A DNA stretch of 56,721 nt. Source: an uncultured Bacilli bacterium (GTDB lineage: Bacteria; Bacillota_I; Bacilli_A; RF39; UBA660). Location: positions 1 through 56,721 of the forward strand of contig CALVXD010000003.1 in assembly GCA_944368815.1 (NCBI GenBank), written 5' to 3'. Positions 39,092-47,920 of this stretch are shown here, one piece after another. A program made the position numbers and the translations under genes. The number at the start of each line of letters is the position of its first letter. The stretch's first letter is position 1. The notes under the pieces are model-generated. The model was not told the origin of the DNA and made no database searches. It saw only the letters and a list, made by a program, of their open reading frames with translations.

Positions 39092-39839
39092 ATTACTAAA
39101 TGCAAATTTTTATCGTTTAAAAAAAAGTATAACTTTTTGGGTGTTATTATTAATAATGGGTTTAATGGCAATGTTTCTTTATATTAATTATAATGGAGTT
39201 AATCCATCTTCATGTGCAGGTTGTACCAATGAACTTGGAAATGTATTCTTTGGTTATAATTCTTTTAATTGGTTAATATTACCTATTTTTATATCAATAT
39301 TTATTGGTTTTGAATATTCTGATGGAACAATTAAGAACAAAATAATAAATGGTCATAAAAGAAGCGATATATATTTATCAAATCTTTTAACTTCTATATT
39401 AGTTAGTATTGCTTATAGTGTAATTTATATTATATTTGCAATTATAATAGGATTAATCTTAGAAAATGATATAACTATTTCAATTAATAAATTTATTTTT
39501 TTGTTATTTGATTCATTTTTATTAAATATAGTAATATCATCATTATTTACATTTATATGTATGTCTATATCTAGTAAATCTAATTCTGGAATTTTATCAC
39601 TAATTGTAGTTATATGGACTATTATTATAACTTCTAATGTTATGGCAAAAATATCTAATGCTACTGGAATAATTAAAAATATTTATACTTTTATTGTAAA
39701 TATTTTACCTTACGGTCAAGCAACACAAATTCTTAATTTAAATGATAATTATAATATATTATGGTTATATTCTATATTTTTGATTTTTATAATTAATTTA
39801 TGTGGTATAATTCTTATTAAGAAGAAAGAATTAAATTAG
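39069..39839 (+). CDS. ABC-2 permease (BcrB-like)
   Basis: EYSDGTIKNKII.GHKR..IY motif, about 6 TM. Confidence 0.8.
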   Translation: MEVIDVIKLLNANFYRLKKSITFWVLLLIMGLMAMFLYINYNGVNPSSCAGCTNELGNVFFGYNSFNWLILPIFISIFIGFEYSDGTIKNKIINGHKRSDIYLSNLLTSILVSIAYSVIYIIFAIIIGLILENDITISINKFIFLLFDSFLLNIVISSLFTFICMSISSKSNSGILSLIVVIWTIIITSNVMAKISNATGIIKNIYTFIVNILPYGQATQILNLNDNYNILWLYSIFLIFIINLCGIILIKKKELN

Positions 39840-39846
39840 AAAGGAA

Positions 39847-40740
39847 TTGATTATAATGAGTATATATTGGATATTAATAATAATTTTTTTAATACTCGTT
39901 ATAATCTTTTTAATTAGTAAAATTGTAATAATTAACTTGTCTATTAAAGAAATAGAAATAAATATTGAAAAAATATTAAAAGAAGATTCCAATCGTTTAA
40001 TAACTATTTCTACAAATAACATAAATTTAAAAAAATTAGCAAATAATTTAAATTTATATATATATGAATTTCGTAAACAAGAAAAAAAATATAAAAATGG
40101 TAATCAAGAATTACAAAAGTCTATAACAAATATATCTCATGATTTGAGAACACCTTTAACAGCAATTAAAGGATATATTGATTTAATTGAAAAAGATAAT
40201 TTAAATAAGAAACAGAGTAATTATTTAAAAATAATTAGCGATAAAGTTGATATTCTTACAACGTTAACTGAACAATTATATAATTATTCCAAATGTTTAG
40301 ATTTAAAAGATAAAATAAAAAAAGAAAAAGTTTGTATAAATGATATACTAGAAGATGTTTTGGTTTCTTATTATGGGTTATTTAAGCAAAAAAATATTAC
40401 TCCTAAAATATTAATCGTTGAAAAGAAAATTTTTAAATATTTAGATAAAAATATGTTTGTTAGAGTTTTAGAAAATATTATTTCTAATGCTTTGAAGTAT
40501 TCAGAAGATAATTTTGAAGTTAATCTATTGGATAACGGAAAAATTATAATATCTAATAAAACTAAATCTTTAAATATAACTAATGTAAAGAAAATATTTA
40601 ATAGATATTATACATTACAAACAGGTAGTAAATCTTCAGGTTTGGGATTATCTATTGCAAAACAATTAATTGAATTAAATGGTGGTAATATTTATGCTAA
40701 ATATAAAAATAATAATTTGATTATAGAAATAGAAATATAA
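39847..40740 (+). CDS. Intramembrane-sensing histidine kinase
   Basis: SHDLRTPLT H-box, NIISNALKY N-box, GLGLSIAK G-box; single N-terminal TM. Confidence 0.9.
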   Translation: MIIMSIYWILIIIFLILVIIFLISKIVIINLSIKEIEINIEKILKEDSNRLITISTNNINLKKLANNLNLYIYEFRKQEKKYKNGNQELQKSITNISHDLRTPLTAIKGYIDLIEKDNLNKKQSNYLKIISDKVDILTTLTEQLYNYSKCLDLKDKIKKEKVCINDILEDVLVSYYGLFKQKNITPKILIVEKKIFKYLDKNMFVRVLENIISNALKYSEDNFEVNLLDNGKIIISNKTKSLNITNVKKIFNRYYTLQTGSKSSGLGLSIAKQLIELNGGNIYAKYKNNNLIIEIEI

Positions 40741-40794
40741 AAGTTAATGTATTAATGGTACTATTTTAAAATTATTAAAAAGGAGATGTTAAAA

Positions 40795-40946
40795 TTGAAT
40801 TATATTAAAGTATTAACTGATGAAGATTTTGGAATAACATCTATTAAAATGGAGAATCCAAGACATTGTTTTGGAGCTAGGGGAGTGTCTTTAATAATGG
40901 AAAAATTGCTATATTGAATAAAAAATTAGAAAATATTAATAAATAA
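40795..40946 (+). pseudogene. Truncated, frameshifted 5' remnant resembling a NUDIX hydrolase
   Basis: AGGAG RBS, TTG start: MNYIKVLTDEDFG...NPRHCFGARG then, in a shifted frame, VFNNGKIAILNK; no Nudix box follows. Confidence 0.5.
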
Positions 40947-41081
40947 GTATTGCAATTTATTATTTATAAAGAAAAAAAATAAATGATAATAAAAAGTGTT
41001 AATTAATGATAATATATAAGTTATAAAAAAGTAAGAATGAAGTGTTAAATTTATAAAATATTTTTATAGAGGAGAAGTAAA

Positions 41082-41633
41082 GTGATTAAAGTTATAGCAT
41101 TTGATTTAGTCGGAGTTTTAGTGACCGAAAGAGAAATTAATTTAACGGAAGAAGAAGATAGATTAGAAAGAATGTTTGGAAATAATATCAATAATTCTGA
41201 TTATTTAATAGAAGCAAGAAAAATAATTGAAAAGGATTCAATTTTAATGAGAACAATTGAAGAGTTAATCGATAAATTATATAAAGTAAAAGATGAGTTA
41301 TTATTTAAGAAAATAAAAGAAAAATATAATAATGTAAAAATTATTATAGCAACTAATCATGTTTCATTTGTTAGAAATTTTATAGTTGAAGCATTTGGTG
41401 TTGATTATTTAGATGATGTTTTAATTTCTGCAGAAATTCATAAAGTTAAACCTAATCAAGATTTTTATACCTATATTCTTAATAAATTTAATTTAATTCC
41501 TAAAGAATTGTTATTTTTAGATGATAATATTGATAATGTTAATGGTGCTAAAAACTTGGGTATAAATGTTATTAAAGTAAATAAAGAGACGAATTTATTT
41601 AGTGAAATATCTAAAGTTCTAAATAATAATTAG
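41082..41633 (+). CDS. HAD-IA family hydrolase
   Basis: AFDLVGVL, ATN, KP, FLDD...NV.GA..LG. Confidence 0.85.
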   Translation: MIKVIAFDLVGVLVTEREINLTEEEDRLERMFGNNINNSDYLIEARKIIEKDSILMRTIEELIDKLYKVKDELLFKKIKEKYNNVKIIIATNHVSFVRNFIVEAFGVDYLDDVLISAEIHKVKPNQDFYTYILNKFNLIPKELLFLDDNIDNVNGAKNLGINVIKVNKETNLFSEISKVLNNN

Positions 41634-41774
41634 AAATGGAAAAATCCAGTGATTAATTTATGAATATTTAATAATTTATATAAAAAATATTTTAAATAAT
41701 TGTCAAAATATGAAAGATAATTAATAGTCTAATTATTCTTTTTTTTTATATTATTTACTGTAAGGAGGAATATT

Positions 41775-44402
41775 ATGACTAATGGTTTATCTAACGATGA
41801 AGTAATAGAAAAAAGAAAAAAATATGGTAGAAATGAAATAATAAGAACAAGAAAGAATACATTTTTTCATTTATTTATTGAAACTTTAGGGGATCCTATA
41901 ATTAAAATATTATTAATTGTACTAGCAGTTAAAGTAATATTTTTATTTAGACACTTTGACATATTTGAAACAATAGGAATAGCAGTAGCTATATTAGTAG
42001 CATCCTTAATCTCAACAATATCGGAGTATGGTTCAGAAAAAGCCTTTGTTAGACTTCAAGAAGAATCCTCTAAGATTAAATGTCGTGTTAAAAGAAACGG
42101 AAAAGTAGAAGAAATTAATATAGATGAAGTAGTAATGGATGATATTGTTGTCTTATCTTCTGGTGATAAGATACCTAGTGATGGAATAATTATATCAGGT
42201 AGTATTACTGTAGACGAGTCAATGATGAATGGAGAAACTAAAGAACAATATAAAGAAAAAGCAATTAACTTAAACAATGTCAAAGATAATAATTTAGTTT
42301 ATAGGGGTACTGTTGTATATGATGGCTACGCTTTAATGAAAGTAAATAAAATAGGATCAGATACTCTTTATGGAAAACTTGCTAGTGAATTAGAAGAGAA
42401 AGCACTTCCATCACCACTTAAATTAAGACTAAATAAACTAGCTAAAACAATAAGTAAATTGGGTTATATCGCAGCTATATTAGTATCTATTTCTTATTTA
42501 TTTTCTAACATAGTAATTGAAAATAACTTTAATATAACTAAAATTATAGATACTGTAACTAATATTCCTCTTTTATTTGGTTACCTCCTTGAAGCACTAA
42601 CTTTAAGTGTTACAGTAATTGTAGTAGCAGTTCCTGAAGGTCTTCCAATGATGATTACTTTAGTATTATCTTCTAATATGAAAAGAATGCTTAAAAATAA
42701 TGTTTTAGTAAGAAAACTAGTAGGAATAGAAACCGCGGGTAGTTTAAATATCTTATTTACAGATAAAACAGGGACTCTTACTAAAGGAAAACTTGAAGTA
42801 ATTAATATGATCAGTGGGGACAACCTTGAAATTAATAATAGTATAGAATTAAATAATTATCCTAAATATAAAGAATTAGTAGTAGACAATCTTGTCTATA
42901 ATAATGATAGTATTTATGACTCAGTAGAAAATAAAGTAATCGGGGGAAATATAACTGACAAGTCTCTCTTAGAATTTATAAAAATTAAAAGAAATAATGA
43001 TATTAAAGAACTATATAAATTACCATTTAATAGTAAAAATAAATATTCTATAACAATAATTTCAAAAGATAATAAGAATATTAAATTAGTAAAAGGAGCT
43101 CCTGAAAAGATACTTAAATATACTGATTTATGTTATGACAAATATGGTAATAAAATATTATTAAAAGAAAAAGATAAAATACTATCTAAAATAGATAATA
43201 TGACTAAAAACGGAATAAGAGCAATTGCAATTGCTAACTCTGATAGTACAGTAAATAGAGATAGTTTAAATAATATCGTTTTAATAGGTATATTATTTAT
43301 AAAAGATGAAATAAGATGCGAAAGTAAAGATGCTATTAAGTTAGTAAAAGATGCTGGTATTCAAACAGTAATGATAACAGGAGATAGTAAAAATACTGCT
43401 CTTTCTATTGGAAGTGAAATTGGATTAATTAATAGTGATAATGATTTAGTAATAACTTCTGATGAACTTAACTTAATGAGTGATGATAAAGTAAAGCAAA
43501 TACTTCCTAGACTTAAAATAGTATCAAGAGCTCTTCCTAGTGATAAAAGTAGGTTAGTGCGTCTAGCCCAAGAATTAAATCTTGTTGTAGGTATGACCGG
43601 AGATGGAGTAAATGATGCCCCTGCTTTAAAGAAAGCTGACGTTGGTTTTGCTATGGGAAGTGGAACTGAAGTTACTAAGGAAGCGTCAGATATTGTAATT
43701 ATAGATAATAACTTTTTATCAATTACTAAAGCAATACTATATGGAAGAACAATCTTTAAAAGTATTAGAAAGTTTATTATATTCCAGTTAACTGTAAACT
43801 TATGTGCTGTTAGTGTTTCTATTATTGGACCATTTATTGGAATACCTTATCCTGTTACCGTAATTCAAATGTTATGGATTAATATGGTAATGGATACATT
43901 AGCAGGCCTTGCTTTCTCATATGAAAGTCCTAAACTAGAATACATGAAAGAACCTCCTAAAAAGAAAGATGAAAATATTATCAATAATTATATGTTAAAT
44001 GAAATATTAGTAACAGGTATTTATTCATCTATATTATGTTTTATTTTCTTAAAATCTCATTTTATTAGAAGTTTCTTTAGATATAGTCCTAGCTATGAAT
44101 ACTTACTTACTGCATTTTTTGGTTTATTTATATTTATAAGTATCTTTAATAGTTTTAATGCAAGAACTCACAGGTTGAATCTTTTTACATTGTTACATAA
44201 AAATAAAGTCTTTTTATCAGTAATACTTTTTGTAGCCATTGTTCAAATATATCTTATATATTATGGGGGAGATATATTTAGAACAAGAGGACTTACACTA
44301 AATGAATTTATTATAATGCTTCTAATTGCATTTACTGTAATACCATTTGATTTTGTAAGGAAACTATATTTAAAAAGCATCAATAAAAATACTGGAGTAT
44401 AA
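41775..44402 (+). CDS. Calcium-translocating P-type ATPase (YloB-like)
   Basis: VPEGLP, DKTGTLT, KGAPE, MITGD, GDGVNDAPAL. Confidence 0.92.
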   Translation: MTNGLSNDEVIEKRKKYGRNEIIRTRKNTFFHLFIETLGDPIIKILLIVLAVKVIFLFRHFDIFETIGIAVAILVASLISTISEYGSEKAFVRLQEESSKIKCRVKRNGKVEEINIDEVVMDDIVVLSSGDKIPSDGIIISGSITVDESMMNGETKEQYKEKAINLNNVKDNNLVYRGTVVYDGYALMKVNKIGSDTLYGKLASELEEKALPSPLKLRLNKLAKTISKLGYIAAILVSISYLFSNIVIENNFNITKIIDTVTNIPLLFGYLLEALTLSVTVIVVAVPEGLPMMITLVLSSNMKRMLKNNVLVRKLVGIETAGSLNILFTDKTGTLTKGKLEVINMISGDNLEINNSIELNNYPKYKELVVDNLVYNNDSIYDSVENKVIGGNITDKSLLEFIKIKRNNDIKELYKLPFNSKNKYSITIISKDNKNIKLVKGAPEKILKYTDLCYDKYGNKILLKEKDKILSKIDNMTKNGIRAIAIANSDSTVNRDSLNNIVLIGILFIKDEIRCESKDAIKLVKDAGIQTVMITGDSKNTALSIGSEIGLINSDNDLVITSDELNLMSDDKVKQILPRLKIVSRALPSDKSRLVRLAQELNLVVGMTGDGVNDAPALKKADVGFAMGSGTEVTKEASDIVIIDNNFLSITKAILYGRTIFKSIRKFIIFQLTVNLCAVSVSIIGPFIGIPYPVTVIQMLWINMVMDTLAGLAFSYESPKLEYMKEPPKKKDENIINNYMLNEILVTGIYSSILCFIFLKSHFIRSFFRYSPSYEYLLTAFFGLFIFISIFNSFNARTHRLNLFTLLHKNKVFLSVILFVAIVQIYLIYYGGDIFRTRGLTLNEFIIMLLIAFTVIPFDFVRKLYLKSINKNTGV

Positions 44403-44430
44403 AAAATACCATCATAAAGGTGGTATTTTT
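44402..44430. terminator. Bidirectional terminator
   Basis: AAAAATACCATC-ATAAA-GGTGGTATTTTT. Confidence 0.7.
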
Positions 44431-44786
44431 TACATCATATACATAGAACTATCAGGTTCATTATAAATATTTGTAGTATTGTTATTATAAGTTGCTTCTA
44501 ATCTAGTAACTCTTTCATTTAATCTTTTAATTTGTCTTTCCATTGTATTTAATTTAGTATCAATATCATTATTACTAGAATTATTATTTTGATTACAAGG
44601 CATCATATTTTGATTACTATAAGGCATACCATAATTCATATTAGGGTTTTGCATCATTGGTCCAACTTGATTAGGCATCATCCCATTAGGCATCATCCCA
44701 CCTTGCATCATTGGCATCATTCCATTTTGAAAAGGATTACTTACATATCCATAATTACCATAATACATATCTCTATCATCGTTCAT
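44430..44786 (-). CDS. Met/Pro/Gly/Asn-rich protein with C-terminal coiled coil (putative spore coat protein)
   Basis: GMMP repeats; LNTMERQIKRLNERVTRLE; GGGAG RBS; sigma-K-like promoter. Confidence 0.65.
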   Translation of the reverse strand: MNDDRDMYYGNYGYVSNPFQNGMMPMMQGGMMPNGMMPNQVGPMMQNPNMNYGMPYSNQNMMPCNQNNNSSNNDIDTKLNTMERQIKRLNERVTRLEATYNNNTTNIYNEPDSSMYMM

Positions 44787-44816
44787 ACTTTCACACTCCC
44801 GTTATTCTTTTCATTT

Positions 44817-44844
44817 TAATATATGCAAAATACCCAGATTGTGT
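44817..44844 (-). promoter_or_regulatory. Sigma-K-like sporulation promoter
   Basis: Minus strand AC-17 bp-CATATATTA matches AC-N17-CATANNNTA. Confidence 0.45.
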
Positions 44845-44869
44845 TAAAATAAATTTAAGGGAGTGTTTT

Positions 44870-45496
44870 ATGAGACTTAGAAATGTAAAAGGTGCTAAAG
44901 AAAAAATATTATCAAGTAGATATAATATAGATAATCCATTTGATAATATTAATAAATGGAATAAAGTATTTAATAATAATAATCCTATATACATAGAAAT
45001 AGGAATGGGTAAAGGTAAATTCATAATAGAAAATGCTATAAATAACCCTGATATAAATTATATAGGTATAGAAAAGTTTGATAGTGTTATAGTTAGAGCC
45101 ATAGAAAAAGTAGAAGAGTTGGATATACCTAATCTAAAATTTATTAGAATGGATGCTACTAGAATAGATGAAGTGTTTAATAAAGAAATAGATAAAATAT
45201 ATTTAAACTTTTCTGATCCATGGCCAAAAGATAGACATTCTAAAAGAAGATTAACTAGTTCTATATTTTTAGAAAAATATGATAAAGTATTTAGAAATGA
45301 TAATATAATAGAAATGAAAACTGATAATATAGATTTATTTAATTACTCAGTAGATAGTTTAAAAGAATACGGTTATAATATAGAATATATTACTAATGAT
45401 TTACATAAAGAAAATGTAGATAATATAATGACAGAATATGAAGAAAGATTTTCTAAATTAAATATTAAAATAAATAAATTAATAGCAAGGAAGTAA
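44870..45496 (+). CDS. trmB: tRNA (guanine-N7)-methyltransferase
   Basis: MRLRN start, EIGMGKGKF, GIEK, LNFSDPWPK.RH.KRRLT, KTD, TEYE. Confidence 0.95.
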   Translation: MRLRNVKGAKEKILSSRYNIDNPFDNINKWNKVFNNNNPIYIEIGMGKGKFIIENAINNPDINYIGIEKFDSVIVRAIEKVEELDIPNLKFIRMDATRIDEVFNKEIDKIYLNFSDPWPKDRHSKRRLTSSIFLEKYDKVFRNDNIIEMKTDNIDLFNYSVDSLKEYGYNIEYITNDLHKENVDNIMTEYEERFSKLNIKINKLIARK

Positions 45497-45500
45497 TAGT

Positions 45501-46001
45501 ATGGCAGAATATATATTATATGGAGTAGAAGAAGATAATTCAAAATTTATTTTTAAAAGTGGTAAGTCACTAGAAGATATTGATAAATTTACTAGTATTT
45601 TTTATAGTGCCGAAGATGCTAAGGAAGTTTTGAATGAATTATATGGAACAAATGTAAAATTAAAATCTATGTTATTAATGAAAAAAGATAAATTAAAAGA
45701 AGGAACTATTCCAATTAGATTTCGTGATGATATGTATGATGAATTAAGTGTTATAGAGACTTACAAAAATTATCTTTTGGCTAATCCTAATTTAATTAAG
45801 GATTCTAATGTTAAGCATGTTAATTTAGATTTTATGAGAGACTTTAAAAAAACAGGAAAAATTAATTTTAGTGAAAGAGAATTTAATATAGCTATTAAAG
45901 CCTATTTTTATCGAAATGGTGAACTTGTATATACGAAAGTGCGAGAAGCTTACTTTGAATTATTAGAAATGGGTCAAAAAGTAAAATGCAAAAAGATGTA
46001 A
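45501..46001 (+). CDS. Hypothetical protein
   Basis: ORF in operon with AAGGAAG RBS; no motif recognised. Confidence 0.6.
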   Translation: MAEYILYGVEEDNSKFIFKSGKSLEDIDKFTSIFYSAEDAKEVLNELYGTNVKLKSMLLMKKDKLKEGTIPIRFRDDMYDELSVIETYKNYLLANPNLIKDSNVKHVNLDFMRDFKKTGKINFSEREFNIAIKAYFYRNGELVYTKVREAYFELLEMGQKVKCKKM

Positions 46002-46879
46002 GTATATATATAGATAAATTTTATTTATATTTAAAAACTAATAAAAAGTATTCTGATAATACAATTAATGCTTATTTAAGTGATATAGAAGAGTTTACTT
46101 GTTATACTAATAAAGGTATTAATATTACTTTTGAAGATATAAGTTCTTATTTATCATATTTGTATAATGATATAAAAATATCTAAAAGTAGTATTGGTAG
46201 GAAATTAAGTTCTCTTAGAAGTTTTTATAATTATTTAGTAAAAGAAGATATTATTAATTATAATTATTTTAATGATGTTAGTAATCCTAAAAAAGGATTA
46301 GTTTTACCTAAATTTATAAATGAAAAAGATATGAGTAATATTATGGAAGTATGTATGGGAGATAATCCTATATTAGAAAGAGATAGATTAATAGTAGAAC
46401 TATTATATTCAACAGGGATTCGTGTTAGTGAACTTATTAATATAAAATTAAATGATATAAATTTTTATAATAATGAAATAAAAATATTAGGTAAGGGTAG
46501 TAAAGAAAGAATAGTTATATTTAATAATACTTGTAGAGAAGCATTATATAATTTTATTAATAATGGAAGAAAAGAATTATATAAAAATGATACAGGATAC
46601 TTATTTATTGGTAGAAATAATGGACATATATCTAGTAAGTATGTAAGAGATATTATTAATAAAATAAAAGTAAAAGCAGGAGTAGAAGGTAAAATATCTC
46701 CCCATGTATTTAGACATACATTTGCAACTGATATGTTAAATAATGGAGCAGACTTAGTAAGTGTAAAAGATTTACTGGGACATGAATCGTTAAATACAAC
46801 TAGTATATATACACATGTTACTAATGAACAAATAAAAAAAGTATATGAAATGGCTCATCCAAGAGCAAAAAAGGAGTAG
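45986..46879 (+). CDS. XerC/D-type tyrosine recombinase
   Basis: SLRSFY, LYSTGIRVSEL, GKGSKER, HVFRHTFAT, LLGH, TSIYTH, HPRA. Confidence 0.9.
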   Translation: MQKDVSIYIDKFYLYLKTNKKYSDNTINAYLSDIEEFTCYTNKGINITFEDISSYLSYLYNDIKISKSSIGRKLSSLRSFYNYLVKEDIINYNYFNDVSNPKKGLVLPKFINEKDMSNIMEVCMGDNPILERDRLIVELLYSTGIRVSELINIKLNDINFYNNEIKILGKGSKERIVIFNNTCREALYNFINNGRKELYKNDTGYLFIGRNNGHISSKYVRDIINKIKVKAGVEGKISPHVFRHTFATDMLNNGADLVSVKDLLGHESLNTTSIYTHVTNEQIKKVYEMAHPRAKKE

Positions 46880-46881
46880 TT

Positions 46882-47475
46882 ATGGCAAAGTTATATTTTA
46901 AATATGGTGCAATGAGTTGTGGTAAAACAAGAGATTTAATTAAGACAATGTATAATTATAAAGAAAAAGGAATGAATGTTCTAATAATTAAACCTAGAAA
47001 AGATACAAAAGGGGAAGATACAATTGTTCCAAGAGGAGCAGAACCAGTAAAAGTAGATTATTTAATAAGAGATAATGACGATATATATAAAATGATAGAA
47101 TATTATATATCTTATCATCCACTTCATTGTATATTAGTAGATGAAGTTCAATTTTTTAAGGAAAAACATATAAAAGAATTTGCGGACATAGTAGATTTAC
47201 TTGATATTCCTGTTATATGTTATGGACTTAGAGTAGATTTTAGAGGCCATTTGTTTCCGGGAAGTAAAGCTTTGTTTGAAACAGCAGATTCTTTGGAAGA
47301 ATTAAAAGCAGTTTGTTCTTGTGGTAATAAGGCTACTAGAAATATAAGATATGTAAATGGGAAACCAACTTTTTATGGTAGTCAAGTAGCAATAGATGGA
47401 GAAAATAATATTACTTATGAATCAGTATGTCGTAAATGTGAAAGAAATTTAAGAAAACAAATAAATGAGCAATAA
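46882..47475 (+). CDS. tdk: Thymidine kinase
   Basis: YGAMSCGKT, VDEVQF, YGLRVDFRG.LF.GS, CSCG, YESVCRKC. Confidence 0.92.
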   Translation: MAKLYFKYGAMSCGKTRDLIKTMYNYKEKGMNVLIIKPRKDTKGEDTIVPRGAEPVKVDYLIRDNDDIYKMIEYYISYHPLHCILVDEVQFFKEKHIKEFADIVDLLDIPVICYGLRVDFRGHLFPGSKALFETADSLEELKAVCSCGNKATRNIRYVNGKPTFYGSQVAIDGENNITYESVCRKCERNLRKQINEQ

Positions 47476-47493
47476 TAATAGGGAGTTTAGGTT

Positions 47494-47856
47494 ATGGAAA
47501 AATTATATTTTACTGTATTATTAAGGGATATATCAAACAATTTTGTAAAAAAAGGATTAATTCAAGATGTAGTGATAAATAATTCTAATAAATTAAAAAA
47601 TATAAGTTCTATTCAAATATCAAAATTAAGGAAAGATAACAACTTGATTTGTGAAATTCCATATATATTGATATATAATAAAAGAAATAGTCAGTTTGTT
47701 AGAAAAAGTATGTATAATGTTGAAAAAAATATGATATATATGTTTGAATGTGATGATGAAAATGATATGTATAACTTATTTGTTAAATTAAGTGAAATAA
47801 TAAAAGAAGGAAATTATGAAGCGGAATTTTCGCCAAATTTGAAAGTAAAAAAATAG
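47494..47856 (+). CDS. Hypothetical protein
   Basis: GGGAG RBS; no motif recognised. Confidence 0.55.
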   Translation: MEKLYFTVLLRDISNNFVKKGLIQDVVINNSNKLKNISSIQISKLRKDNNLICEIPYILIYNKRNSQFVRKSMYNVEKNMIYMFECDDENDMYNLFVKLSEIIKEGNYEAEFSPNLKVKK

Positions 47857-47920
47857 TAAAATTATGTTGTATTTGTTGCAATGTAATTTTATTTTTGTTA
47901 TTATAAAATTGGGTGATAGA

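Noticed and set aside
45501-47856. Prophage or integrative element suggested by tyrosine recombinase, tdk and hypotheticals
   Set aside because: Recombinase is Xer-type in size and motifs and sits in a housekeeping operon with trmB; no phage genes or att repeats
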